DNA of 64,000 nt, taken from IMG/VR virus record IMGVR_UViG_3300042519_001303, positions 22,771 through 86,770 of that record; one strand, given 5' to 3'. Source of the stretch: a virus. The notes under the pieces were generated by a model, which saw nothing but the letters and a program-made list of their open reading frames with translations, had not been told where the DNA came from and ran no database searches. The position numbers were made by a program, and so were the translations under genes. This document shows, in pieces, positions 28,101-36,960 of the stretch (the first letter of the stretch is position 1; each line of letters starts with the position of its first letter).

Positions 28101-29177
28101 AATATTGATGACATGATTCAACAACACGATTTAGGTGATCACCATCATGTTGTTAAAGACCTTGTAGCAAGACACGTAGGTATCAGTTTGTCTGAAAGTC
28201 TTATTAAAGCTACCAACCCTGAAACTAAAGCCGCCTATAAACCAGCAGACTATTCTGAACACCTTGGAAAAGCAGCAAGAGCTGCAGCAGAAGGTAAAGA
28301 TATCACAGGTATTGAATCATCAGTAACAAGCCCCGGTGGTGTACGAAAAGAAGTATTAAATTACTTAAGAACAACGCTTCCAGCAGACCACCCACTATCT
28401 GCAAAACCAGTTGGAAACACCGCAAGAGAAGTTGTAGGTGAACCACTTTCACAAGAAGTGCGCCCATCTTTTGCAACTTTCCGTAAACCACGCTTAAATG
28501 CAAGAGCTACTGCTGCTGAATTGGAAAGTGTTACAGGAAGGTTTGATAATGACCCGCCACAGCCTGTAACACCTGCTCCAGTTCCTAAAGGACAACTAAC
28601 CTTACCAAGACAGTCAGAAACAAACAGGTTAAGCTCACAATTTAGTGTTCCAGAAAACGCGGATGTTTATACCAGAACAGCTTTACAAGGACTTCAAAAA
28701 GCTGAGTTTGTAAAATCTCCAATACTTAGAAATTTTGAAACTAATGAAAGAACTGGAGAAAGAAGATACACTGATAGTTTGGGAATAGCCAGTCACCCTG
28801 ATGATCAAATACTTGACGAAAAAGGTAAAGTTGCTGGCATTAACGTTACTTCACGTAATCCTCGTATGGGTAAACGCCTGTATGCTACTTCACCTGGACA
28901 AATATCCGATGCAAAACTAGAGTATGGCAATTCGGACGTATCGCCTGTTAATAGAAACATCCCTCCAACTCCATCACGTCAACAATCAGTAATGAACACT
29001 CGGCAACTTGGAACTGGAGCACAATTTGGTGAATCAGGATTGACACCGACTGATAGGCCACTCATGGCTGGTGACAGCATGCCAACTGGTCGTTTATTTA
29101 ACGCTGGACAGTACGCAAAAATTGCTCCAAAAAGAATGCGTCAACAAGAAGTACTCTCCCCTGATACAAACAACTAA
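25155..29177 (+). CDS. 1340-aa largely disordered protein, candidate internal virion protein
   Basis: Lys/Ala-rich histone-like N-terminus, low complexity, no Cys, RBS AGGAG. Confidence 0.6.
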   Translation: MAAKKKGASDKDPAPKKTTPKKPAAKKEDTPKKETKKKIGEGVSLPKSERAVSNNARANMLRLKKEKEDQEALLLSSGVSAQQASDAAEIARLAQIEALKGSSVVPERAALDEEDAAFSELTAKRALEDKARELSASKLSKGNKKTYGGRTAFRALPEARKASIMAARENTRKIIEAVKPARRGREQQAAEDAVLADVIGDTDTSTLVPPGENKRRQRSQARAAAGTTSNRSRTVRQQRAVSANVPKRDNTAKPVSTTRIDPKKLKRVPRDQAEIDREIQARKDKAASKSRVAGAGLPLNQVEGIDDNAMGNVATADTASRNFNREGEVTEVTRPSAQELSVAGISISSDRLNRLMYGDPQGTKSERLQSQNFWSQHPVESFFHPDAGNVDALKLAHERPDLLKPENREAAIAEGISPELHEELGNLTPEERHIRYEDAAANAPDKNAYDKFTSVIAQTYKEARQGTRGSTRVAGIEAEKPIEGLSHEKATEMAYKAGLAEIQKFQTMNNRGALNISESIKRLRRIEEENLVTKKDVAGESEQVIDPKQFEGLDTADISALILGGQVRTTAAPLNTVLSRQLFVKGAAPGKDKPDERPVSVKGTAAQGRSVLSEGMPARLQQQLRDNPVKAQRHLGKIAREATGSSLVVPHNPITGKSYGDTIQGAHFIEDPYTGTLAKVNMLAGMQTSAMDQFGELSTLTEDHPSYDPKLHAQHIGAHVLKVDPDKAFLASHADDEESDNETSVSLHRKVTTTDSTNSRHPNLPTLAGAIGDQHLEGVRKWQEAGLRTNPSVKEEAAADPYMDVSSDETGEAIKRHTAAALGLTDRPSQTMRTVNGVTFNTRGPVIPGRISQIISDRRALDTSAAESAAGAINDLSEGGTAAKADTVTDMPYKTAQQQAWSEINARQDESAAKRKAEDTTYDSDMSDYIKEMEGFDKENPGVVAREDLEQKASSIAGLSKTIANKAVQHITSGASPEAVGLNIDDMIQQHDLGDHHHVVKDLVARHVGISLSESLIKATNPETKAAYKPADYSEHLGKAARAAAEGKDITGIESSVTSPGGVRKEVLNYLRTTLPADHPLSAKPVGNTAREVVGEPLSQEVRPSFATFRKPRLNARATAAELESVTGRFDNDPPQPVTPAPVPKGQLTLPRQSETNRLSSQFSVPENADVYTRTALQGLQKAEFVKSPILRNFETNERTGERRYTDSLGIASHPDDQILDEKGKVAGINVTSRNPRMGKRLYATSPGQISDAKLEYGNSDVSPVNRNIPPTPSRQQSVMNTRQLGTGAQFGESGLTPTDRPLMAGDSMPTGRLFNAGQYAKIAPKRMRQQEVLSPDTNN

Positions 29178-29205
29178 ATATAAACACAAGGTGTAAACTA
29201 ACCAT

Positions 29206-29367
29206 ATGCGTAAGTACAATAATGATGATTGGCGAAAGCTAGCTAATTCACCACACTTAGATGATGAGTTTGACGATATATACGAAGAACAAGATAAGCT
29301 AGAACGCAAACAGAAACGTAAAGAAAAGGACCGTCATGGCCTCAAAGAAGACTTCTTCAACTTCTAA
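29206..29367 (+). CDS. Small charged hypothetical protein (not in track)
   Basis: MRKYNNDDWRK...KEDFFNF. Confidence 0.4.
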   Translation: MRKYNNDDWRKLANSPHLDDEFDDIYEEQDKLERKQKRKEKDRHGLKEDFFNF

Positions 29368-29485
29368 GAAAAAGATCAATAAAAAAGTAGTTAAGAAGGT
29401 AGTACCACGCCCAAAGCCAATTTCTAATGTTGGTGGAGGACAAGGTGGCATTCTTGGAGCGTTTGGTGGAGTAAATGGCCGCTAG
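29336..29485 (+). CDS. Small basic protein (not in track)
   Basis: MASKKTSSTSKKKINKKVVKK...GGVNGR; AAGGA upstream. Confidence 0.45.
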   Translation: MASKKTSSTSKKKINKKVVKKVVPRPKPISNVGGGQGGILGAFGGVNGR

Positions 29486-29978
29486 TCCAAACCAGCAGAC
29501 GTTTACCGATTGGGGTGGAGGGTATGACCCTTATACCCCCGAAAGCCAACCTCTGTTAGGACCTACCCCTGCCTTTCGTAATGCTAAAGACGCACAACTT
29601 TCAGCATGGGGTGGTTCCCCTGACACTCAGTATCCAGATGGTTACTTGGGCACCATGTCATCTAATCGACGACAAGATAAGATTCTAAATGCTGTACAAC
29701 GTACTAACACCCGCCCTTACACCCGTGGTGTCCACAAAGGTGAGAGGATCAATGCTGGTGATTATCTCTGGCCAGATGAGTTCAACCTACAGACAGGGTT
29801 AGTACTGCAGTCACAGGGCCTCAAATTTGCCCCTCCAGGGGCTGAACCGGTAAGATTAACTAATGATGGTAAAGCTGGTCCTAGAGGCATTCCTAGAGGC
29901 TTAGACCGCCCTCAAGAAGAAGTTGTAGACATGCAACGAAGAAGCCTATTAAAGTCACTTGCTCCCCCGTGGAGATGA
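29475..29978 (+). CDS. Hypothetical protein
   Basis: 'YPDGYLGT...RGVHKGE' well-formed ORF with GGAG RBS. Confidence 0.65.
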   Translation: MAASPNQQTFTDWGGGYDPYTPESQPLLGPTPAFRNAKDAQLSAWGGSPDTQYPDGYLGTMSSNRRQDKILNAVQRTNTRPYTRGVHKGERINAGDYLWPDEFNLQTGLVLQSQGLKFAPPGAEPVRLTNDGKAGPRGIPRGLDRPQEEVVDMQRRSLLKSLAPPWR

Positions 29979-30068
29979 TAAACTTGTATACAAACAGAAG
30001 AACTTGAAAAAGAAGTTGAGCGCCTAAAAGCTCTTAATGACTCACCCACTAATTTAAAGGATTAACTT

Positions 30069-30467
30069 ATGGGAATTAAAGATACTATGCGAGGCGGTTC
30101 TGGTGGCACCCATGCTGCCACAGGTCGTCAGGATTTTCCACACCCCCAAGTCGCAGCTGCTGGTGGTGGAAAAGGACCTCCCGATGATCCTAACGATCCC
30201 AATAAAGCACCCACTTCACATAATAAGCCCAATCTGGTGTATCAGGATAGATGGGATAGTAATGCACTTAATGCTAAACCTGAAAGAAACAATAAAGATC
30301 CTGAGCCAGAAGTAGATCTTAATGCTTTAAGAAAATCAGTAAAAGATGGTAATGCTCCAATGGTGGAGCATAACCAAGATGAAGCAACTATAAAAAGAGA
30401 AGCAAAAGAGAACCCTAGTCAAGGCCCAAGTATGGATGACATTAGGAATGCAATAAAAGGTCAGTAA
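30069..30467 (+). CDS. Disordered hypothetical protein (N-terminus paralogous to 56735)
   Basis: MGIKDTMRGGSGGTHA; RBS AAGGA. Confidence 0.6.
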   Translation: MGIKDTMRGGSGGTHAATGRQDFPHPQVAAAGGGKGPPDDPNDPNKAPTSHNKPNLVYQDRWDSNALNAKPERNNKDPEPEVDLNALRKSVKDGNAPMVEHNQDEATIKREAKENPSQGPSMDDIRNAIKGQ

Positions 30468-30471
30468 CAAC

Positions 30472-30699
30472 ATGGCAAATACACAACAAGGAGAACACAA
30501 TATGATTAAGCCTCACATGACAATTGCTGAAGCTTGGTACAAGATTAACGTCGAAGGACTTAACCCAGGTCCTTTTTTAGAAGAAGCCCGTAAAAGTCAT
30601 GCAAAACTTAGAGAGCAATACAAAGATGTAATTGCTGCAGCTGAAAAAATGAGAAGCAGTTTAGGTAACCGAAGAAGCTACAAAGATTACACAGGCTAA
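30472..30699 (+). CDS. Hypothetical protein
   Basis: ORF in co-oriented cluster; an internal AAGGAG may mark a later start. Confidence 0.5.
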   Translation: MANTQQGEHNMIKPHMTIAEAWYKINVEGLNPGPFLEEARKSHAKLREQYKDVIAAAEKMRSSLGNRRSYKDYTG

Positions 30700-30716
30700 A
30701 TTTTAAAGGAGTTATT

Positions 30717-31157
30717 ATGGCAAATGGACAAGATACTGGAGCACATTCAGGTAGACAAGGTGGCAGAGATTCTCATGCTACTAGAAAAGCTGGTAAGCTC
30801 GCACCTTCAGGTGACATGGGTACCCCAGAAATTAACGCTAAAGTAAAAGAAGCTAACCCAATGCCTGCTGGAGGAACAGCTCCTGAGGGTACAACTAAAA
30901 TTTACCAAACCCCCGCTAGTTTGCAGGGATATGGTAAAGCAGCACATGCTGTTCCTAATGAAAGTATGCCTGGGATTAAAGATCATTATAAAGACCTTAG
31001 AAGAGGTACTAACAACTCAGGTAAAAACCCAGAAAATCAAACAATGGGTAGACAAACCGCTCGAGATGTTTCAGTGACTACTGGTGGCGGTAAATCAACT
31101 ATGATTCAAGACGCTTATGGTAAGCCAACTACTAACAACCTTGGAGTCAGCTACTAA
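30717..31157 (+). CDS. Disordered hypothetical protein with QDTGAHSGR motif
   Basis: RBS AAGGAG; motif shared with the 54035 protein. Confidence 0.6.
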   Translation: MANGQDTGAHSGRQGGRDSHATRKAGKLAPSGDMGTPEINAKVKEANPMPAGGTAPEGTTKIYQTPASLQGYGKAAHAVPNESMPGIKDHYKDLRRGTNNSGKNPENQTMGRQTARDVSVTTGGGKSTMIQDAYGKPTTNNLGVSY

Positions 31158-31158
31158 A

Positions 31159-31365
31159 ATGGCAATTGTTGGGACCACCAGAGGTGGAGCAGACGCAGGT
31201 CGTGGGGACAACCCCCATGCTCGTCCACGTCTCAAAGCTACCCCTGCTGATGAAATCAGTGATGACTTCAAAGCAGTAGGTGAAGCAATCAAAGGTGTTG
31301 TTCACAGTAAGTTTGGTAATCAACCCACTCAACGTCCAGTTCTTAAGACACAGACGGAGGAATAG
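31159..31365 (+). CDS. Small hypothetical protein
   Basis: Starts 2 nt after the previous stop. Confidence 0.5.
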   Translation: MAIVGTTRGGADAGRGDNPHARPRLKATPADEISDDFKAVGEAIKGVVHSKFGNQPTQRPVLKTQTEE

Positions 31366-31658
31366 TGGCAAAGCCTTGGGGTACACGTCAAGAGTTTCTA
31401 GTGGATCAGGCCCTTCAGGCCGCCGTTAGCGACCCCGAAACTATACGTGCAATCCGCCCCACTGTTCCTCAACAGCTATTTCCACAAACCCGTGGGTTCA
31501 TGAAGCAGTCACCTACTCTTATGGATATCTTTAGCATGAGTCGTTATGGTGTAAAGAACCGTTCATGGGTTTCAGGTATGCCAGTTATGCCAGAAATGAA
31601 TACAGGTGAGTTTGAAGGTACTGGAAGGTACTCAATGAACTCGTTAGGAAACGTATAA
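31365..31658 (+). CDS. Hypothetical protein
   Basis: GGAGG RBS, GTG start. Confidence 0.55.
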   Translation: MAKPWGTRQEFLVDQALQAAVSDPETIRAIRPTVPQQLFPQTRGFMKQSPTLMDIFSMSRYGVKNRSWVSGMPVMPEMNTGEFEGTGRYSMNSLGNV

Positions 31659-31659
31659 C

Positions 31660-33585
31660 ATGCCCTTTAACGGAGATTTCTATACTCAAGACGAAGGTAA
31701 AGCACCTTCACACGACTTTTACACTCAAAATATGAAGCAAAAGGGTGTCCTTCCAGGCTCTTGGCAAATGCGTCAAGCGTATGCCAATGGTTCAGGTGGA
31801 GCAGAAGGTAGCAACCCAAATCAACCAGCTTTTCAAAGTAGTTATTCTAGGGATGTTGGTGATCGTTTAGGTGGTAATACATCTACTTACAACGCCCGTG
31901 GAGTAACTGGTACTACCTCTGTTCCTGGTTCAGGAGAAAGCTATAATAGTAAAAGATGGGGCGCCACCGGTTCTAATGAAGAAAACACTTTAAAAAACTT
32001 CTTTGGAGCTAAAGGAAAACTTAAAAAAAGTAAAGAATCAACTCCTGGAAAAGGTTCACCAGGCGGTCAAGGAAGTGATGAGGATATGGCAATAGCATCT
32101 AACAACAACGTAAAAGTTGGAAAAAACGCAAGGCAGTCTGGTAACCAGTCTGGTGGTGCGAACATCCAAGCAGGTGGAGACATCGATGCTGGTAGCTCAG
32201 TTGGATTTGGAGCCACTAACAGTGGTGGGGGTGTCCAACAGATTGGTGGCGAAGGCTCTCGTCAAGTTCACAACCAATTTATGTTTGACCCCAACCATCC
32301 AAGATGGAGTGGTGATCCTGGAGATAAGCCTAAAGCCGATAAGCCCAAGGCAGATACACCTAAAGAACCTGAAAAATGGGCACCCGAAGATCGGGGTGAC
32401 AGAGACATGGGTCTACCCAGAAAGGGTGAACCTGGTTCAAACACTGGTGGAATGCCCAGCCAATATGAAGGTATGGGTGGAGACTATGATGCCACAGGCA
32501 CTGGTTCAAAACCACCGACTGGTTCAACACCAGGAACATCAACACCTCCTGACCAAGGAGACAACTTTGGTGGAGGTGATCCACGTGTTGTAAAGAAAAC
32601 GCGACGTAAAGGCACCCCTGGACAAGCTGAACAACCTTATCCAAAGCCCACTAAACGTAAGGTAGGTGGGCAGGGACCTTCTTGGGAACAAGGAGATGAG
32701 GGTTCTCTTGCTAAAAAGTTTCCTAATGCAATTGAAGGTACTTCAACTGAAGGAACTCCTACGACTGGCCTTCCAACAACCCCTTCAGGGACTGACATAG
32801 AGAAGTTTCGTGGTGGTGTACCTGCAGGTACTGGGCAAACTCCTACTACTGGAGCACCTCCTACTGTGGATAACTCTACAGGTGCCCCAAAAGGCCCCGG
32901 TTTCTTTGGAAGAATGTGGAACAAAGCTGCTGACCGTGTAATGACCGCACCTGGTGGTGGGCCAATCAACTTTGGTCCAGGAGCAGAATACACACGTACT
33001 CCAGATCGTGGTTTGCCCGCAGGACCACAAGTAATGGGTGAAATAGGCACTGGAGCACCTACTCCAATGGGTGAAATTGGTCCCGGACCAAGAGCTGTTG
33101 GACCTGGTTCTAGAGTAATGGGAGCAATTGGTGCAGGAGATAGTCCTGCTAGTGCCCCTATTCAACAGGTCAACCCAAGAGGAACCTATGGTCACCCCAC
33201 GAATGGTTCTTTTGGTGGACGTGGACCAGGAAGAGGTGCCCCTAGAATCACTCGTTTTGGTGATATGGGCATGGGTGTTCCTATGCAAGGTTCTGTTCCT
33301 AATGGTGGAATGCCACCACAGTATGAGGGTATGGGCGGGGATTATGATGCGACTGGTCCACAAACTGCCCCCTCACGCCACCCTAGACCTGGTGGTCAAA
33401 GAACGCCTTATGAAGGACCCTCACGCCACCCTAGACCACCACTTCCTGCAGGTTCAAGACCTTATGTAGGACCCTCACGTCACCCTAGACCCGGAGATCC
33501 TTATCCTTCTCAAGGTGTTGAAGCAAGTCGAAGATTTGGTGTTGAGAGTGATGACTATGGTCGTCCGCAAGATTTTAACTACTGA
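31660..33585 (+). CDS. Gly/Pro-rich disordered protein with internal repeats
   Basis: GGMPxQYEGMGGDYDATG x2, PSRHPRP x3, MG(E/A)IG x3. Confidence 0.65.
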   Translation: MPFNGDFYTQDEGKAPSHDFYTQNMKQKGVLPGSWQMRQAYANGSGGAEGSNPNQPAFQSSYSRDVGDRLGGNTSTYNARGVTGTTSVPGSGESYNSKRWGATGSNEENTLKNFFGAKGKLKKSKESTPGKGSPGGQGSDEDMAIASNNNVKVGKNARQSGNQSGGANIQAGGDIDAGSSVGFGATNSGGGVQQIGGEGSRQVHNQFMFDPNHPRWSGDPGDKPKADKPKADTPKEPEKWAPEDRGDRDMGLPRKGEPGSNTGGMPSQYEGMGGDYDATGTGSKPPTGSTPGTSTPPDQGDNFGGGDPRVVKKTRRKGTPGQAEQPYPKPTKRKVGGQGPSWEQGDEGSLAKKFPNAIEGTSTEGTPTTGLPTTPSGTDIEKFRGGVPAGTGQTPTTGAPPTVDNSTGAPKGPGFFGRMWNKAADRVMTAPGGGPINFGPGAEYTRTPDRGLPAGPQVMGEIGTGAPTPMGEIGPGPRAVGPGSRVMGAIGAGDSPASAPIQQVNPRGTYGHPTNGSFGGRGPGRGAPRITRFGDMGMGVPMQGSVPNGGMPPQYEGMGGDYDATGPQTAPSRHPRPGGQRTPYEGPSRHPRPPLPAGSRPYVGPSRHPRPGDPYPSQGVEASRRFGVESDDYGRPQDFNY

Positions 33586-33603
33586 TAGGCAAGGAGCCCC
33601 CAA

Positions 33604-33825
33604 ATGGCAGTTAATACAGAAAGATCAATGAATGGTGATCGTAAGCTCGGAGAAAACGACGGTATGATGAAGAGTATTGCTCCAAGTCGAGGTGGCATTC
33701 TTGAAGAAGAACATGCACTTGAAAGAGCAAAATTGCTTCAAACTCAGTATAATGTCGTTGACAAGAAGCGTGGAGTTAATGTATCATCAGATAATGATTA
33801 CGAATACGGCTACGCAGACGACTGA
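33604..33825 (+). CDS. Hypothetical protein
   Basis: RBS AAGGAG. Confidence 0.55.
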   Translation: MAVNTERSMNGDRKLGENDGMMKSIAPSRGGILEEEHALERAKLLQTQYNVVDKKRGVNVSSDNDYEYGYADD

Positions 33826-33851
33826 GTAGTACAAACAATTAGGAGTACAAT

Positions 33852-34307
33852 ATGCCCCGTCTTTTGACGTGTCAAACCTGTGGAACCATGTACAGAATGA
33901 AGGACTATGAAGGTCCTGTTCAATATGACATGGAGCTTATAGAGCTATGCAATAGGCATCTTGGTCAGGCCGCAAACCCTGATCCAGACGCCCATAAGTC
34001 ACTTATTATTAGATGCGATCAAGCCACCTGGGAAAAACTTGGTGATGAGACTCAGATCAAAAAAGAACTTGCCAAAAATGAATGGGAAGTTCGTGAACTA
34101 AAAGATGATCTAAAAGTTGAAGCTCTTAGGTGCTTTAGTAGACATAACCGCCCAGCAGGTATGTGCATTGATTATGAGGATGAAAGCAAGACGATTGGTC
34201 GTAAGATTGGTGTTCCTAAAGAAAACCGCCAATACCTTTGTCACTATTGCCCAGCACAAGAATTTGTGACTCATAAAAATCGCATTGCCAAAGGGATGTA
34301 TGACTAG
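33852..34307 (+). CDS. Cys/His-rich metal-binding hypothetical protein
   Basis: CQTC, 'CFSRH...C', 'CHYCP'; RBS AGGAG. Confidence 0.6.
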   Translation: MPRLLTCQTCGTMYRMKDYEGPVQYDMELIELCNRHLGQAANPDPDAHKSLIIRCDQATWEKLGDETQIKKELAKNEWEVRELKDDLKVEALRCFSRHNRPAGMCIDYEDESKTIGRKIGVPKENRQYLCHYCPAQEFVTHKNRIAKGMYD

Positions 34308-34777
34308 TGATATTGTTTAACTTTTCTGTATTGGCCCGTCCAGCAGATTCAATAGCACTCCGTCAGCCAGATCCACAAGGGCTTTATATTTGGCGTATGT
34401 TGCATGAACAGTCACTTGGACGCATATGCCTAGTAGTTAATGAGGACTACAGCAAATTAGTACTTGAAGATTGGCTTAAAAAAGAAGGAATAAAACCTTC
34501 ATTTTATGAAATGCTTGATGAACCTGACCCTTATCTACAGGCAGAGAAGATAAACCGTATTGGTGCAATATTTGGCAAGCCGGAATGGTACGTAGATAAC
34601 AACCCTAGAACCTGTGCAGAGCTACTTAAACTAGGCATGGCTACCCTTTTAATTGCTTCCCCTTATCTAGTACGACCTGAATGGTCTAACATGAAGATAA
34701 TAAAAGAGTGGGATGTTTTAGTTGAGGAATTAGACAGTCAAGCCCTAAAGGCTGCTGAGAAGACCTGGAGAGAGTAA
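34307..34777 (+). CDS. HAD-like hypothetical protein
   Basis: Rossmannoid pattern 'ICLVV...WL...WYVDNNP'; lacks the canonical DxD. Confidence 0.45.
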   Translation: MILFNFSVLARPADSIALRQPDPQGLYIWRMLHEQSLGRICLVVNEDYSKLVLEDWLKKEGIKPSFYEMLDEPDPYLQAEKINRIGAIFGKPEWYVDNNPRTCAELLKLGMATLLIASPYLVRPEWSNMKIIKEWDVLVEELDSQALKAAEKTWRE

Positions 34778-36204
34778 TGCACATATTCTTTGGAGGTGCT
34801 GAAAAAGGCACCCATAGAAACCTACTTATAGCTAATGACATAACTAGAGTAGCTGTTAACGTCACTCACTTACCTATCCCAAAACGTAAAGAGTTTAATC
34901 CTCAAGAGGTATTTGCCTCCGCTGAAATACTGGTGTACACATCAGAGGGGGATGAAGACCTTAATAAGTACGAAACTTTCGTAAGAGACCACGCTGACTC
35001 CCTATCAGTTGTTATTGGGCGTCCTGATATGGATGGAGACTGGCTGGGAGACAAGTATGTCCCGGTATGGTCAGATGACGACGATTTAGAAAGATTGGCA
35101 TGGTTATGTCAACGTTATGGTAGAGCTGCCATATCAGACAAGGCTATAAACTCTAAAACACTTCCGCGTATCCGGTCCCTCTCGCAGCGTTGGGGAGCAA
35201 AGCTTTATGGTTTAACAAGTAAACCTGATGTTATCCAATCATTACCTTGGGAAGCTGTTGTAGTGGGATCATGGACCTCATCCATACGCTACGGCGAAAC
35301 CCAAATATGGGACGGTCATGGTCTCCACAGATACCCTGCGCAGCAGAAAGAATCTGCTCGTAAAAAGCATAGAGCAGACATTTTAAGATTAGGTATTGAT
35401 TACGATGCAATCTTAGAAGATAACGTAACGGCGGTTGGGTCACTTGCAATCAAGTCTTGGAAGGCCTGGGAGCAGTCCACATTTTTGGGCTATGACCCCC
35501 AAGTTATTGATGATGAGTCCGAGTTTGGAGAGGTAGAAGAGGGGGATATAGTTGCTATACCCCCTATGTCACCTAATGCGGATAAACCGGTTTCTAAGGG
35601 GGGTAATATTGCTATCTCCCACCTAGAGAAGCGGCACGAAAGTGACCGTGTATTGCTACCGGTTATGGGCATAGAACATATCTTGTCAATGGGTACACAA
35701 AGTGGCTCTGAACAGGGAGAACACATAGAAATTGCCCCTACAGAGACACCTGTTATTAGGTACCAAAGTGGTCCTCTACGACAATGCGATAGTTGCTATC
35801 TTGCATCGCGTTGTCCTGCATTCAAGGAACATTCAGATTGTGGGTTTAAGTTACCTGTAGAAATACGTTCTAAGGATCAGTTAAACGCTGTTCTACAGGC
35901 CATGATTGAGATGCAAGCTAGCCGAGTTTTGTTTGCAAGATTTGCTGAAGAACTGGAAGGCCAAGGTCTTGACCCAGCTTTGTCATCAGAGATGGATAGG
36001 TTATTCTCCCTCATTGACAAGTTCAAGAATATTTCTGACACCCGTGATCTTATGCGTATTGAAGTGGAAGCAAGAGGTAACGCAGGGGTACTTTCTAGAC
36101 TGTTTGGTAGCAAAGCTGGAGAAACAGCTAGACAACTTCCTAGTGGAGGATTGGGCCCAAATCAGACTGACCAATTTATTCAAGATGTAATTGACTTAAG
36201 CTAA
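34777..36204 (+). CDS. Hypothetical protein with C-terminal Cys cluster (CxxCx5Cx8C)
   Basis: alpha/beta N-terminal domain; 'RQCDSCYLASRCPAF...CGF'; helical tail. Confidence 0.6.
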   Translation: MHIFFGGAEKGTHRNLLIANDITRVAVNVTHLPIPKRKEFNPQEVFASAEILVYTSEGDEDLNKYETFVRDHADSLSVVIGRPDMDGDWLGDKYVPVWSDDDDLERLAWLCQRYGRAAISDKAINSKTLPRIRSLSQRWGAKLYGLTSKPDVIQSLPWEAVVVGSWTSSIRYGETQIWDGHGLHRYPAQQKESARKKHRADILRLGIDYDAILEDNVTAVGSLAIKSWKAWEQSTFLGYDPQVIDDESEFGEVEEGDIVAIPPMSPNADKPVSKGGNIAISHLEKRHESDRVLLPVMGIEHILSMGTQSGSEQGEHIEIAPTETPVIRYQSGPLRQCDSCYLASRCPAFKEHSDCGFKLPVEIRSKDQLNAVLQAMIEMQASRVLFARFAEELEGQGLDPALSSEMDRLFSLIDKFKNISDTRDLMRIEVEARGNAGVLSRLFGSKAGETARQLPSGGLGPNQTDQFIQDVIDLS

Positions 36205-36219
36205 CTTTGTCTGTAGACT
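36191..36219 (+). promoter_or_regulatory. Sigma70/SigA-type promoter
   Basis: TTGACT-17 nt-TAGACT followed by RBS AAGGAGG. Confidence 0.65.
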
Positions 36220-36244
36220 ACAAGTAACACAACAAGGAGGAACC

Positions 36245-36544
36245 ATGGAAAGAACATGGTGGAAAAACAACAAGCAGGTTACACCTAATAACAACAATGT
36301 TATTGTTGGTAAAAATGCGTACCAATCGGGAAATATCTCTGGTGGGAGCATGATAAATGGTGCAACAATTGAAGCTACTGTAATTGGCATAGAAGAGGTT
36401 ATGGGGTATCTATCAACAAAGGGTTGCACACTTTGGGGCAATTGGGATATCTCTTCAGAAGATGGTCTTCAAGATGCCGCTGAATGGTTAACCACTGAAA
36501 TATACAACGTATTACTATTTGTTTCACAAGAAGAAACAGAATGA
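36245..36544 (+). CDS. Hypothetical protein
   Basis: Strong RBS; shares the NNNVxVGKNAxQSGNxSGG segment with the 31660 protein. Confidence 0.6.
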   Translation: MERTWWKNNKQVTPNNNNVIVGKNAYQSGNISGGSMINGATIEATVIGIEEVMGYLSTKGCTLWGNWDISSEDGLQDAAEWLTTEIYNVLLFVSQEETE

Positions 36545-36924
36545 CCTCTAAACCTTGGATGGAAGAGTCACCATGCAAGGGAATACATCCAAACTTGTTT
36601 TTCCCCCCATTAGAGGAGACCAACCACAATGCCTACTACAAAGTGGGTAAGGCAGTATGCAACACTTGTCCAGTGTGGCAAAGTTGCCTCGATTATGGTA
36701 TTGAAGAACACTGGGGTTTGTGGGGTGGATTGACACCTCAAGAAAGACGTGGTACAGCAAGAATGCATCATGGATCTCTTGAAATGTATCGTTCAGGATG
36801 CAGATGTCCTAAGTGTAGAGAGGCCTCTGTAGTAGTTAGGAAACATGTCACATTAGACATATTCCCTGCTAGAGGGCAAGATTTTGACATAGAATCATTA
36901 GTTTTTAAACTTTCTAGCATGTGA
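36541..36924 (+). CDS. whiB: WhiB-family transcription factor with C-terminal Cys motif
   Basis: 'W...C......FFP...C..CPV...CL...GLWGG.T..ER' plus 'HG....Y..GCRC..C'. Confidence 0.88.
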   Translation: MTSKPWMEESPCKGIHPNLFFPPLEETNHNAYYKVGKAVCNTCPVWQSCLDYGIEEHWGLWGGLTPQERRGTARMHHGSLEMYRSGCRCPKCREASVVVRKHVTLDIFPARGQDFDIESLVFKLSSM

Positions 36925-36960
36925 TGTAGCTAGTACTCGTAACACTTTGGTAATATAGAT

